From positions 1 through 39,023 of the forward strand of contig JBDRLB010000062.1 of NCBI GenBank assembly GCA_043813365.1: a stretch of DNA of 39,023 nucleotides, written 5' to 3'. A model generated the notes under the pieces. The model was not told the DNA's origin. It did no database searches and was given only the letters and a program-made list of their open reading frames with translations. The translations under genes were made by a program, and so were the position numbers. Below, in pieces: positions 18,022-26,628 of this stretch. This stretch comes from Candidatus Micrarchaeota archaeon (lineage in GTDB: Archaea; Micrarchaeota; Micrarchaeia; Norongarragalinales; SBBD01). Numbering within the stretch: position 1 is the stretch's first letter; the number at the start of each line of letters is the position of its first letter.

Positions 18022-19179
18022 CATCTCATCCTCATCAAGCTCGAAATACTTGGAGAAGCCTTCGGATGCGGAAAGCGCCGACGATGCATCGATCGCATCC
18101 TTAAGCGATACGTGGAGCTTCCGTGCAACCTTCCTATTGATGGACTTCAGCAATCCCCTATTCTTCTTCGTCTGCCCCATCATCTTGATCGAGGAAGGGA
18201 ACTGGTATTTTGAGAATTTCCTGTAAGTTTCATGCTTGCTCAGCGCCACTCCTGCAGTTGAGAGCGCATTTACGTATTTCAGGAAGCCCCAATGCTGCCT
18301 CCTCATGATCCTTCCCCGGAAAATGTCCGACCTGCTCAGCCAATGGTATGCCTCCGCGACCTCCTCGGGCTTCTCGTATTCCAGCGGTATGTTCTCATCA
18401 ATCCATTTCGAGAACATGTCGAATTCCTGGGTGTTGTAATTCTCGCCAGCTTCCCTTGCATGGCTGAAATTCATCGTCTTGAAAACCGTCCTTACGGCAT
18501 CGAAAATATTTTCATCCCGATCCCTGCCCATCAATCCCGGCACATACTCCTTCAATTCGCTCGTCCCCTGCAAATCGTTCAATGCTGCCCTTATGTCCCC
18601 CGACGATTCCTTCGATATCGCTTCCGCCTTCTCCCCGTCCGGCACATTTTCCTTCTGCGCTATTTCTGAAAGGCGCCTTCGTATGCTCGCCGAATTGATC
18701 TTCTTGAACCCTATCTGCTTGCATGCGAACCTTATTGCGGATAGTTTCTGGTTCCAGACGTCGTTTGCAATCAGCACGACCGGCTGTTGGCTTTCCTTTA
18801 TTATCTGCTGCAATGCCGAGAACTCCTGCCTATCCGAAACGGAATCTATCTCATCAATAAGCAGCATCCGCTTCTCGCCATATAGGCTGCCAGAGGAAAC
18901 GCTCAGCCCGTATATTTTCTTCAGCGTTTCGGCGTCGCGCAAATCGGATGCATTGGTTTCGATTATTTCCCATCCCATCTCCTTCGCTAGTGCAACTGCA
19001 GCAGCTGATTTCCCGGTTCCAACTGCCCCATGGAGGAGCAACGGCTGTACCTTCTTCCCCCTATCGGCCTCAAGCGCCCACTTCCTGATCTCCTCCTTCG
19101 CCTCCTCATTGCCTGCAACCTCCTTCAGATTGGAGGGCGCATACTTCATCGTGTACAATTCCGCATTCCCCTTTCCCAT
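17959..19179 (-). CDS. rfcL: Replication factor C large subunit
   Basis: KYAP, Walker A GAVGTGKS, ETNASDLR, Walker B LLIDEID, GDIRAALNDLQ and WIDENIP. Confidence 0.95.
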   Translation of the reverse strand: MGKGNAELYTMKYAPSNLKEVAGNEEAKEEIRKWALEADRGKKVQPLLLHGAVGTGKSAAAVALAKEMGWEIIETNASDLRDAETLKKIYGLSVSSGSLYGEKRMLLIDEIDSVSDRQEFSALQQIIKESQQPVVLIANDVWNQKLSAIRFACKQIGFKKINSASIRRRLSEIAQKENVPDGEKAEAISKESSGDIRAALNDLQGTSELKEYVPGLMGRDRDENIFDAVRTVFKTMNFSHAREAGENYNTQEFDMFSKWIDENIPLEYEKPEEVAEAYHWLSRSDIFRGRIMRRQHWGFLKYVNALSTAGVALSKHETYRKFSKYQFPSSIKMMGQTKKNRGLLKSINRKVARKLHVSLKDAIDASSALSASEGFSKYFELDEDEMSLAAELYKHEKHKEGKARKK

Positions 19180-19183
19180 CAGC

Positions 19184-19276
19184 TCACTTCCCCAATATCA
19201 CGTAAAACGAGAAAACCAGTGCAGCAGCAAGCGCCACCAGCAGCATCACATTCCTCCTTACCAGAAACTCCTCCAT
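19184..19276 (-). CDS. 30-aa single-TM microprotein (MEEFLVRRNVMLLVALAAALVFSFYVILGK)
   Basis: Not in the ORF track. Purine-rich RBS-like sequence upstream. Its stop lies 4 nt before the rfcL start. Confidence 0.5.
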   Translation of the reverse strand: MEEFLVRRNVMLLVALAAALVFSFYVILGK

Positions 19277-19363
19277 AAAAACCTTCCCGACTATTTTATT
19301 ATCCTCGAGTTTTTATTGTTATTGCGGGGAGGCAGCCGGGCGGTTGCAAGCGGTTGATGATAA

Positions 19364-20533
19364 ATGCTAATTGCGATAATAGGTTTGCCGAACAAGGGGA
19401 AGAGCACGCTTTTCAACGCGCTTACTTTGGGGAATGCGGCAGTTGCGAATTACCCCTTCACGACCATTGATCCTAACAAGGGAGTTGCTTTTGCATCCTC
19501 CGAGTGCCCCCATGTAAAAATAGGGAAGGAATGCAACCCCAACAACAGCCGATGCGAGAACGGCATTCGGAAGATACCGATCAATGTTATTGATGTCGCG
19601 GGTTTGGTGGAAGGCGCCCACGAAGGAAAAGGCATGGGCAATCAGTTCCTTGCGGATGTTGCTGCTTCCGACTGCGCAATTCTGGTTGCGGACGCTTCCG
19701 GCGGCTCGGATGGCAGCGGCAATATAGTTGCTCCCGGAACCCACGATCCTATTGAAGATGTGAAAGTAATCGAATCTGAACTTGATTTCTGGTATGCGGA
19801 TGTTCTGAAAAGGAACGGCCAGAAAGCGAAAATGAAGAAACTTGTTGATCTCGCGGATCTCCTTTCAGGTTTGAAAATCACCTACGATGACCTGAACCAT
19901 GCGGTAATGGAGCTCGAGTTCGATGAGATTTTCTGGGAATGGAACAAGGAGCAGCTTCTGGAAGTTGCGAAAATCATCCGCCAGCGAACCAAGCCCATTG
20001 TGATTGCAGCAAACAAAATCGATTCCGAGCATGCGGATCCCAACCTCGAAAATTTGAAGGAGGAATTCCCGGATTACAAAATTTTCCCCATTTCAGCTGA
20101 CACCGAGCTCGCCCTGAGGAAGGCGCAGGAGAAGAGCCTGATCAAATATGATGGTAAGGATTTCCAGATCGCAGCGGATAACCTTCCCGATCCCATCAAA
20201 AATGCGCTCTCCAAATTCCAGAACAGCGTGATAAGCAAATACGGCTCAACCGGAGTGAACGATTTGATCAACTACTGCGCTTTCGACCTCTTGCACCAGA
20301 TCGTCGTGTATCCGGTGGAGGACGAGATGCACTTCTCAAACCATTTCGGGAAGGTGCTTCCGGATGCCATATTGCTGAAGAAGGGCGCGAAAGCAGTTGA
20401 TCTTGCGGGAAAAATCCATTCCGATCTCGCACAGCGCATCCTCTATGCGCTTGATGCGGAAAAGAAGATGCGGATCGCTAAGGATTCCGAATTGCACAAC
20501 AACCAGATTGTGAAGATCGTTTCTGCGAAGTGA
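19364..20533 (+). CDS. ychF: YchF/Obg-family ATPase/GTPase with TGS domain
   Basis: GLPNKGKST, NYPFTTIDPN, DVAGLVEGAHEGKGMGNQFL, NKID and IHSD. Confidence 0.93.
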   Translation: MLIAIIGLPNKGKSTLFNALTLGNAAVANYPFTTIDPNKGVAFASSECPHVKIGKECNPNNSRCENGIRKIPINVIDVAGLVEGAHEGKGMGNQFLADVAASDCAILVADASGGSDGSGNIVAPGTHDPIEDVKVIESELDFWYADVLKRNGQKAKMKKLVDLADLLSGLKITYDDLNHAVMELEFDEIFWEWNKEQLLEVAKIIRQRTKPIVIAANKIDSEHADPNLENLKEEFPDYKIFPISADTELALRKAQEKSLIKYDGKDFQIAADNLPDPIKNALSKFQNSVISKYGSTGVNDLINYCAFDLLHQIVVYPVEDEMHFSNHFGKVLPDAILLKKGAKAVDLAGKIHSDLAQRILYALDAEKKMRIAKDSELHNNQIVKIVSAK

Positions 20534-21156
20534 ACACCATGACGCATACCCCGATGCATAAGATCAACTGGCATTCCCTCTATATGAAAAAAACCAGGAA
20601 AAAAATGCTTTTTGGGGCTTCCCAATTCAGCAAATACCGGATGCAGGAGAAACCCTTCGTTGATTTTGTGAAAAAATTCGCCAAAAAAAGGGGTCGAATC
20701 CTTGATTGCGGAACCGGACTTGGCAGGGCTGCGCTATTCCTTTCACTTGAAGGCTTTCGGGTGACTGCTATTGACAGCAACCCAAAAATGCTTTCCATTG
20801 CAAGGAAAAATATCCGGAACTTTGGCGGAAAGGCGGAATTGGTCCTTGCAAATCTCAAACATTTGCCTTTCAAAGCCGGGAAATTCGACGCGATTGTGCA
20901 TCAGGGCATTCTTGAGCATTTCACGGAAAAAGGGGCAATTGCAATAATCCGGCACCACCTATCCCTTGCGCCCCTCGTAATTTTTTCCGTGCCGGTCCGT
21001 TCGCCTTACACGGAGGATTATTTTTCTTCAGATTCGGTTGGGAGAAACCTGCATCCCCGTGAAAAATGGGGAAAAATGCTTGGTTCATTTAATGTGAAGG
21101 AAATGAAAGTGGCAAAACAGCGGACTACAAACCTTCTAGTGGTGATCTCAAGATGA
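20530..21156 (+). CDS. Class I SAM-dependent methyltransferase
   Basis: ILDCGTGLG, LPFKAGKFD and GILEHF. Start uncertain. Confidence 0.85.
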   Translation: MNTMTHTPMHKINWHSLYMKKTRKKMLFGASQFSKYRMQEKPFVDFVKKFAKKRGRILDCGTGLGRAALFLSLEGFRVTAIDSNPKMLSIARKNIRNFGGKAELVLANLKHLPFKAGKFDAIVHQGILEHFTEKGAIAIIRHHLSLAPLVIFSVPVRSPYTEDYFSSDSVGRNLHPREKWGKMLGSFNVKEMKVAKQRTTNLLVVISR

Positions 21157-21770
21157 CTCGTCTGCTCCTGATAAGGCACGGCCTCACGCCGATGAACATC
21201 GACAACCGGATTCAGGGGAGCATTGAAACTACCCTTACAAAGCACGGCCTGAAGCAGGCGAGGGATTTGGCGCGGAGGCTCAAGGATGAGAAAATTGACG
21301 CGATCTACAGCAGCACCATGCAGAGGGCCATAATGACCGCAAATGAGGTGCTGAAATATCATCCGCGCCTGAAGCTGAAAACCTTTGAAGGCCTGATGGA
21401 GCGCGATTTCGGCGAATTCGAAGGCCTGCACTACGGGCATGCGAAGAAAAGGGAGCCACGGCTGCTTGCAAATGTGAATTTCACGGATTTCGATTATGTT
21501 CCCAAGGATGGCGAGAGCTGGGAGCATGTGAGGAAGCGGTCAATGACTGTAATCAACCACTTGCTCCGGATACATAAGGATGACACGATTGCAGTAATAG
21601 CCCATGGGGGTACCAACCGCGTGATTATTGCCACCCTGATCGGCCTGCCATTGAACTCCATCCCAGTTTTCAAGCAGCACAATGCGTGCGTGAACGTGAT
21701 AGACATCAATGGAAAGAAGGTGCGGCTCGTCCTCCTTAATGATACGGACCATACGATTTCTAACTACTGA
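21153..21770 (+). CDS. Histidine phosphatase family protein (PGM/CobC-like)
   Basis: RHG, QG, ERDFGEFEG, GES and AHGG motifs. Confidence 0.92.
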   Translation: MTRLLLIRHGLTPMNIDNRIQGSIETTLTKHGLKQARDLARRLKDEKIDAIYSSTMQRAIMTANEVLKYHPRLKLKTFEGLMERDFGEFEGLHYGHAKKREPRLLANVNFTDFDYVPKDGESWEHVRKRSMTVINHLLRIHKDDTIAVIAHGGTNRVIIATLIGLPLNSIPVFKQHNACVNVIDINGKKVRLVLLNDTDHTISNY

Positions 21771-21780
21771 TGATTTCCGT

Positions 21781-22299
21781 TCAGGGAAGGATAATCCATT
21801 CGTTGCGCTTCTGCTTTCCCACAACATTGCTGTACTTTACTCCTGCCCGGCCCATGGCCTTTATGCAATCCGCAACTGCATCGTCGGTTTTGAAGGTTGA
21901 GAATGGTATATGGAGTGCGAAACCCATCCTCCTGGAGAGCCTTATCGCATCCAGAATTGCCCCAACCCTCCAGTTTCCGTATTTCTTATGCAGTTCCTGC
22001 GGGAGTTTTTTTTCGGGGTCCTCCCCGCTCACCCTGTAATGTGATTGCACGCCTGATAGCACGAGCTCGTTTCCATACTTGTCCAACCTCAAGGAGCCAA
22101 TGCTCCCATTGTACCTCATTGCGGGCCCACCTGGCACCCGCAGCCCCAAATATGATTTTTCAAAACGCCTTACGTCTTCTTCCATGGGCATCGCGACAAT
22201 CCTGTAGCCTGGAGCGAGGTCATATTTATGGGATGTAGCGATCTCTTCGGGGAACGCAAGGTTTACGATGCTATCCCTGCGTTTCCTGCCCACGAACAC
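21781..22299 (-). CDS. Hypothetical protein, paralog of 26031..26618; 5' end possibly disrupted
   Basis: Shares GSIGS...LSGVQSH...YGNWR with 26031..26618. An in-frame ATG at 22356 is cut off by a TGA at 22318-22320. Confidence 0.6.
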   Translation of the reverse strand: MFVGRKRRDSIVNLAFPEEIATSHKYDLAPGYRIVAMPMEEDVRRFEKSYLGLRVPGGPAMRYNGSIGSLRLDKYGNELVLSGVQSHYRVSGEDPEKKLPQELHKKYGNWRVGAILDAIRLSRRMGFALHIPFSTFKTDDAVADCIKAMGRAGVKYSNVVGKQKRNEWIILP

Positions 22300-22572
22300 C
22301 GCATCCTGCGTTGCGGGTCAGCTCCTGAATTTTTTTATCCAATATGGTTCCTCCATTTTATTTCACAAACGCATTTTCATGCAATATTCTTGTGGATAAT
22401 CGAATTATAAACCACAATCCATTGATTTTTCCCTCTCGGAAGCAAAAAAACCGGGAAAAGATTTATATACGGCGCCTGATTTATTTTTTCCCCACTGGAA
22501 TATTCACATCCAAAGAGTTGAGGCCATATCTTTTCGTCGATAAGGTCTGCGTTCAGCAGGCCAAAGAACCTG

Positions 22573-22833
22573 ATGCAATTCAAAGGCCATGACTTATCGT
22601 CAGTCGGGACTTTGGCAAACCAGCTGGACATGGCTTTTGCGGACAAGGAACTGAAGCTGCTGCTTATATGGGCGATAATTTCCCCTGCTGCAGGGGTCTC
22701 CTACCTCATTTGGCTGAAATACCCCAAGCTGCGGCTGCTTGCGCTGCTGGGGTTTGCAATTGCGCTAATCCAATTCTACTCGCAGATGGGAACGCTCCAA
22801 AACTCATTGAGGCAGGTCGGGATAGTGCTTTAA
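22573..22833 (+). CDS. Small two-TM hypothetical protein
   Basis: Two hydrophobic segments. Start uncertain. Confidence 0.45.
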   Translation: MQFKGHDLSSVGTLANQLDMAFADKELKLLLIWAIISPAAGVSYLIWLKYPKLRLLALLGFAIALIQFYSQMGTLQNSLRQVGIVL

Positions 22834-22915
22834 AAGCGAGGCAATTGTTTTTAACTCCTCCAATGCCTATCTATTCCATCTCTGGGCTAGCTTCAAGGAT
22901 GTTCTTAGAACTAAT

Positions 22916-23087
22916 GGGCCCGTAGCTCAGCCTGGATAGAGCGACAGCCTTCTAAGCTGTAGGTCGTGGGTCCGAATCGCCTGCCTTGCCTTTCTTTTCA
23001 GAAAAGAAAGGCGTAAGGCGCCGCCAAAGAAAACAATTTGCGGCTCCGCCAATTAGTCGGCAAGGCATGGATATCCCACCGGGCCCG
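22916..23087 (+). tRNA. tRNA-Arg(TCT) with a 97-nt non-canonical intron (22977-23073) in the T-loop at position 59/60
   Basis: Acceptor GGGCCCG/CGGGCCC, D-arm GCTC/GAGC, anticodon arm ACAGC-CTTCTAA-GCTGT and T-stem GTGGG/CCCAC, split by an insert with a bulge-helix-loop junction. No encoded CCA. T-rich tract downstream. Confidence 0.92.
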
Positions 23088-23122
23088 CTTGTTTTTTTTG
23101 GAAATGTTGATTTGGTGATGAA

Positions 23123-23908
23123 ATGAAAATAGAAAACGCGCCTCTTGAACTGGAGCTTATTGAGAATTTCGAGCTTCTTGTGCAGGGTGCGAAGCACAAG
23201 GTGGACGTCCGTACTGTAAGGCAGATGCTGGATGTGGTTTACGACCCCCTAATGGCAAGGAGGATGGACTTCCACAAGCCGCTTTATTACATGTTCCGCG
23301 ACGTGAAGAGGCAGGAGGATTCTGCCCTGCTGGAAAATTCAAGCATCCGTTATGATATTACAGTTGTCCCTCCGATCATGATCGGGCAGGAATACAATAA
23401 AACCTACGGCCACTACCACGAATTGGCAACGCAGAAGCTTACATACCCCGAATTATACGAAGTGCTTTACGGGGAGGCGCTTTACGTTGTGCAGCTCCGG
23501 CAGAGCACAGTCAGCAATGAGGTGCTTAAGGTGTATTTGGTGCATGCTAAAGCAGGGGAGAAAGTTCTCATACCGCCGAATTTCGGCCATGTGACCATAA
23601 ACCCCTCCAAAACGGAACCTCTCGTTATGGCTAACCTGGTTGAAGCCAAATTCCGCAGCGAATACATACTTTATAGGCAAAAGAAGGGCGCTGCAATGTA
23701 TGTGCTGGAGCATGAGAAGCTGAAAAACCGCAATTACCACCAGTTCCCATTCGAGGAAGTCGAGGCAAAGCAATTCGACCGGATGGTAAACCCTGTAATA
23801 GGGACGAAAATAGAGGAAGGGAACATCTACCAGCACTTCCTGAACGACCCGAAACTATTCGATTTCCTGAAGGATCCAAAGCTGGTTGAGTTTAGGGTAC
23901 CTAAATAA
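23123..23908 (+). CDS. Cupin-type glucose-6-phosphate isomerase
   Basis: RYDITV, EYNKTYGHYH, PELYEVLYG and IPPNFGHVTIN motifs. Confidence 0.88.
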   Translation: MKIENAPLELELIENFELLVQGAKHKVDVRTVRQMLDVVYDPLMARRMDFHKPLYYMFRDVKRQEDSALLENSSIRYDITVVPPIMIGQEYNKTYGHYHELATQKLTYPELYEVLYGEALYVVQLRQSTVSNEVLKVYLVHAKAGEKVLIPPNFGHVTINPSKTEPLVMANLVEAKFRSEYILYRQKKGAAMYVLEHEKLKNRNYHQFPFEEVEAKQFDRMVNPVIGTKIEEGNIYQHFLNDPKLFDFLKDPKLVEFRVPK

Positions 23909-23930
23909 GGAAATATCGGTATTATCGAGG

Positions 23931-24542
23931 CTATTGTCTGGATTTTGATCGGAATGCCTTGAGTTTTTCCTCGAATTCCCTTATTGCAGCGGCGACCGCA
24001 TCAGCTTTAGCACTGTTCTCCCTCAACATTCTGAGCCTTGCTTCTGGAGGCGTGTTATCAGGGGCCGTTTTGCCCAAAATCATCTGGTGCTGAGTTCTGA
24101 GCTTTTCTACTACGTCATCCATTACTGCATGAGTAATAGCAGTCCAATGCCTGCTATCGACCATCATGCCCAGGTGCATCATTGCTTTTACGGACTCGGG
24201 GGTTATATCCCCCGGACGACTTTTTTCGTGTAAGTCAAGCATATGCCCCGCATATCTGGCCGCAACCTTTGCCTCAGAGATTCCTGTGAATTTTGAAATC
24301 CGCCCTATTTCGCTTCTCATTGCCTCTTCACTGTGCAATAGTCCTGCCGCTACTTTTCCTTCAAATCCTTCCTGCTTTATTCGGGTCTGGGTGTCTTTGC
24401 TTTTAGAGAATGACCACCGCCTTTTTTTTACGGGTTGCACCTCTGGTTTTTCTTCCATAGAGAGGCGCCCGTGCCATATGTCCGCTAGCACTTTTCTTTC
24501 CAATGGTTTCAATTCTGGAGTACCTTCAAAATAATCGCCCAT
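23931..24542 (-). CDS. Hypothetical helical protein
   Basis: 203-aa ORF with an AGGTG RBS. No recognisable motif. Confidence 0.65.
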   Translation of the reverse strand: MGDYFEGTPELKPLERKVLADIWHGRLSMEEKPEVQPVKKRRWSFSKSKDTQTRIKQEGFEGKVAAGLLHSEEAMRSEIGRISKFTGISEAKVAARYAGHMLDLHEKSRPGDITPESVKAMMHLGMMVDSRHWTAITHAVMDDVVEKLRTQHQMILGKTAPDNTPPEARLRMLRENSAKADAVAAAIREFEEKLKAFRSKSRQ

Positions 24543-24577
24543 GGAAACACCCTAATTTAATGGCTTGCAAAAGCTTA

Positions 24578-24934
24578 TTACCACTCCAGTCTCTCGCCGA
24601 TCCTTATCCCCAGCCGTCTAGCCTCCCCGGCCTTGCACTCAATGAAATATTTCGCCGGCTTCCTTGGCGCTATGTATATTTTCCATGCGGGGATATTCTC
24701 AATGATGTCCACGACAACCTTGTTGCCATTCAGGAACACCGCATCAAACCTGATGAGGCAGAAAAAAGAGTGGATTGCCGCCCTTACCCGGTCCTCGTAA
24801 TCCAAAATGAATAAGACCGGCTTCTCCAATTTCTTCCTAAGCATTATCCCCTTCGTTTTCTTCCAAGGAGTGTCCGCAAGCTCGTAGTTGTGGAACAGCA
24901 CCTTCTTCCTTGGAACGCTCCGAATGGCAGGCAT
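24578..24934 (-). CDS. DUF192 family protein
   Basis: ADTPWKKTKGIM, IHSFFC...DAVFL and AKYFIECKAG...IGERL. The start could also be 24979. Confidence 0.85.
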   Translation of the reverse strand: MPAIRSVPRKKVLFHNYELADTPWKKTKGIMLRKKLEKPVLFILDYEDRVRAAIHSFFCLIRFDAVFLNGNKVVVDIIENIPAWKIYIAPRKPAKYFIECKAGEARRLGIRIGERLEW

Positions 24935-24996
24935 GATTTGATATAATCCGAACTGCTTTTTATCCTGTCGCCTACCCATAGTATCTGTTGTTATTC

Positions 24997-25602
24997 ATGG
25001 GCTGGAAAGTAAAAAGGGAAAGGCCGGAGGAGAAATTTTCGGGGAAGGCGGAGGAGTTCTACTCGCAGGAAGGAAGGAATTACGAGAAGAACGCGATAAG
25101 GAACATACAGGAAAAAATACTCCTAAGGGGGCTCCAATTGGTGCAATTCCCCCCCAGCTCAAAATTATTGGATGTCGGATGCGGAACCGGGCTCGGCATG
25201 GAACTATTGAGAGAGCTGGAATTTGAGGTTATAGGAATTGACGTATCGGAAGAGCTGCTTGCTATTGCGAAAAAGAAAAAGCTGCGCGTGCAATTTGGGG
25301 ACATGAGGAAAGTCCCTTTCACTGCTGCCACGTTTGACGGGATCGTCTCCATTTCCGCTTTGCAATGGGTCAGCTCCAGAACCGATTATTCCGCAAAATC
25401 CGATTTGAAAAAAACCGCAAATGAATTTTACAGGGTGCTTAGGAAAAACGGCCGCGCATTGGTTCAGTTTTACCCCAAATCGGAGGAGGAAATGCTTGCG
25501 GCTGCAAAGGAATTCAAATCCGCAGGGTTCACCGGCTCCATCCAAATAGATAATGAGAACAATGCGAGGAAAAGGAGGATTTACCTGATGCTCAATAAAT
25601 AG
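24997..25602 (+). CDS. SAM-dependent methyltransferase resembling the Bud23/WBSCR22 rRNA guanine-N7 methyltransferase
   Basis: RPEE...EFY...IQ...R.L.L, LDVGCGTGL, FDGIVSISALQW, QFYPKS, AGFTG.I.ID and K.+.YL.L, all collinear with Bud23 as recalled. Confidence 0.8.
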   Translation: MGWKVKRERPEEKFSGKAEEFYSQEGRNYEKNAIRNIQEKILLRGLQLVQFPPSSKLLDVGCGTGLGMELLRELEFEVIGIDVSEELLAIAKKKKLRVQFGDMRKVPFTAATFDGIVSISALQWVSSRTDYSAKSDLKKTANEFYRVLRKNGRALVQFYPKSEEEMLAAAKEFKSAGFTGSIQIDNENNARKRRIYLMLNK

Positions 25603-25736
25603 CACCCGAAGCCACCCCCCAATTTCCTTATATACTCCGTTTCTCCTCCTAACATGACCCAACTTACCGAAGACATCAAGTCTTCGTAAGTAAGTAGAGC
25701 CAAAAGCTCTACGCAACTTTCAACAGAGTGATTTGC

Positions 25737-26000
25737 ATGATAGAGGATGAGATAACCCACTGGTTCAAGGATGAGAAAGGCGAGTCGCACAAAAGCACTT
25801 TGAGGCTGGAAACCGAGCCTCCAACTTTGCAGAATACCTACCCGCGTGACGGCATCATCACTCTCCGGATGATGAACGGAATAGGCACAATCGGCTTCAA
25901 GATGTCGCCTGATGAGGCGCTCAGGTTGGGCACACATCTGCTTAATCTAGCAAAGGAGGAGCTGCAGATGAAGAGGAAATTGTGGAACCAGAGGGAATAG
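25737..26000 (+). CDS. Small hypothetical protein
   Basis: 87-aa ORF with a GAGTGA RBS-like site. No motif recognised. Confidence 0.65.
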   Translation: MIEDEITHWFKDEKGESHKSTLRLETEPPTLQNTYPRDGIITLRMMNGIGTIGFKMSPDEALRLGTHLLNLAKEELQMKRKLWNQRE

Positions 26001-26030
26001 GAAGGCCTTTTATTTTCCAAACCCCATTGC

Positions 26031-26618
26031 ATGCATATGGACGAACAGATGCTTCTAAAGGCGAAATCGCAGTTCAGGCCCGGAAAACCGCGCGAGTGGA
26101 CTCATTCAAAAAGCGGAAAGATCCACCTGCTCATGCCAAAATTGGACCTTGGAGCTGAAAGCGGCGGGCACATACTTACGCTTCCCGACCGCTGGATGGA
26201 TTTTGAAAAACTGGCTCACCATTCCGCAAAGCTTACAAAATACGGCCCCGCTAGCGAATACCCTGGCACAATAGGCTCCATGTTCATCATGAATATGCCT
26301 GGAGAAGGGTTGAGGCTATCCGACGTGCAGGCGCATTCGAGTTCAAAACTGTCCCAGGAAATGCGGCCCATTCAGAGGCGCTATTCAGGCTGGAGGCATA
26401 GGAGCTATCTGACCGCTTTGGATATCGCGAAGAAAAACAACCTTCCCCTTATCCTTACTTGGAAGGATTTTCACGGGGTCAAGTCGAAAGCCGCCGCAAG
26501 GGATTTCCTGGATGCGGCAAAAAAAGCCGGCGCAAAAGTAAGCTTATCGAGGGGCCGTTTCAGGACTGATATAGAGCATTTAAAGGGCATGGCTACTTTT
26601 ACTGCAAAATTCGATTAA
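26031..26618 (+). CDS. Hypothetical protein, paralog of 21781..22299
   Basis: GTIGS...LSDVQAH...YSGWR...ALDIAKK motif series. Confidence 0.7.
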   Translation: MHMDEQMLLKAKSQFRPGKPREWTHSKSGKIHLLMPKLDLGAESGGHILTLPDRWMDFEKLAHHSAKLTKYGPASEYPGTIGSMFIMNMPGEGLRLSDVQAHSSSKLSQEMRPIQRRYSGWRHRSYLTALDIAKKNNLPLILTWKDFHGVKSKAAARDFLDAAKKAGAKVSLSRGRFRTDIEHLKGMATFTAKFD

Positions 26619-26628
26619 GTATGGCTGT

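Noticed and set aside
19179..19276. Possible N-terminal membrane anchor fused to the RFC large subunit
   Set aside because: The hydrophobic ORF ends at a TGA (19184-19186) and is in a different frame from rfcL.
18479..19357. Long antisense ORFs such as 292 aa opposite rfcL, 276 aa opposite aspS and 212-224 aa opposite dnaK
   Set aside because: These are shadow frames of well-supported genes, with Ser/Phe-rich, motif-free translations.
5461..22320. Stop-codon reassignment suggested by two in-frame stops (TAA at 5461, TGA at 22318)
   Set aside because: The two codons differ, and conserved genes here end normally at TAA, TAG and TGA. Pseudogenisation is the simpler explanation.
22952..23197. 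81-aa minus-strand ORF over the tRNA intron (possible homing endonuclease)
   Set aside because: It is antisense to the tRNA, has no LAGLIDADG or HNH motif, and the intron is only 97 nt.
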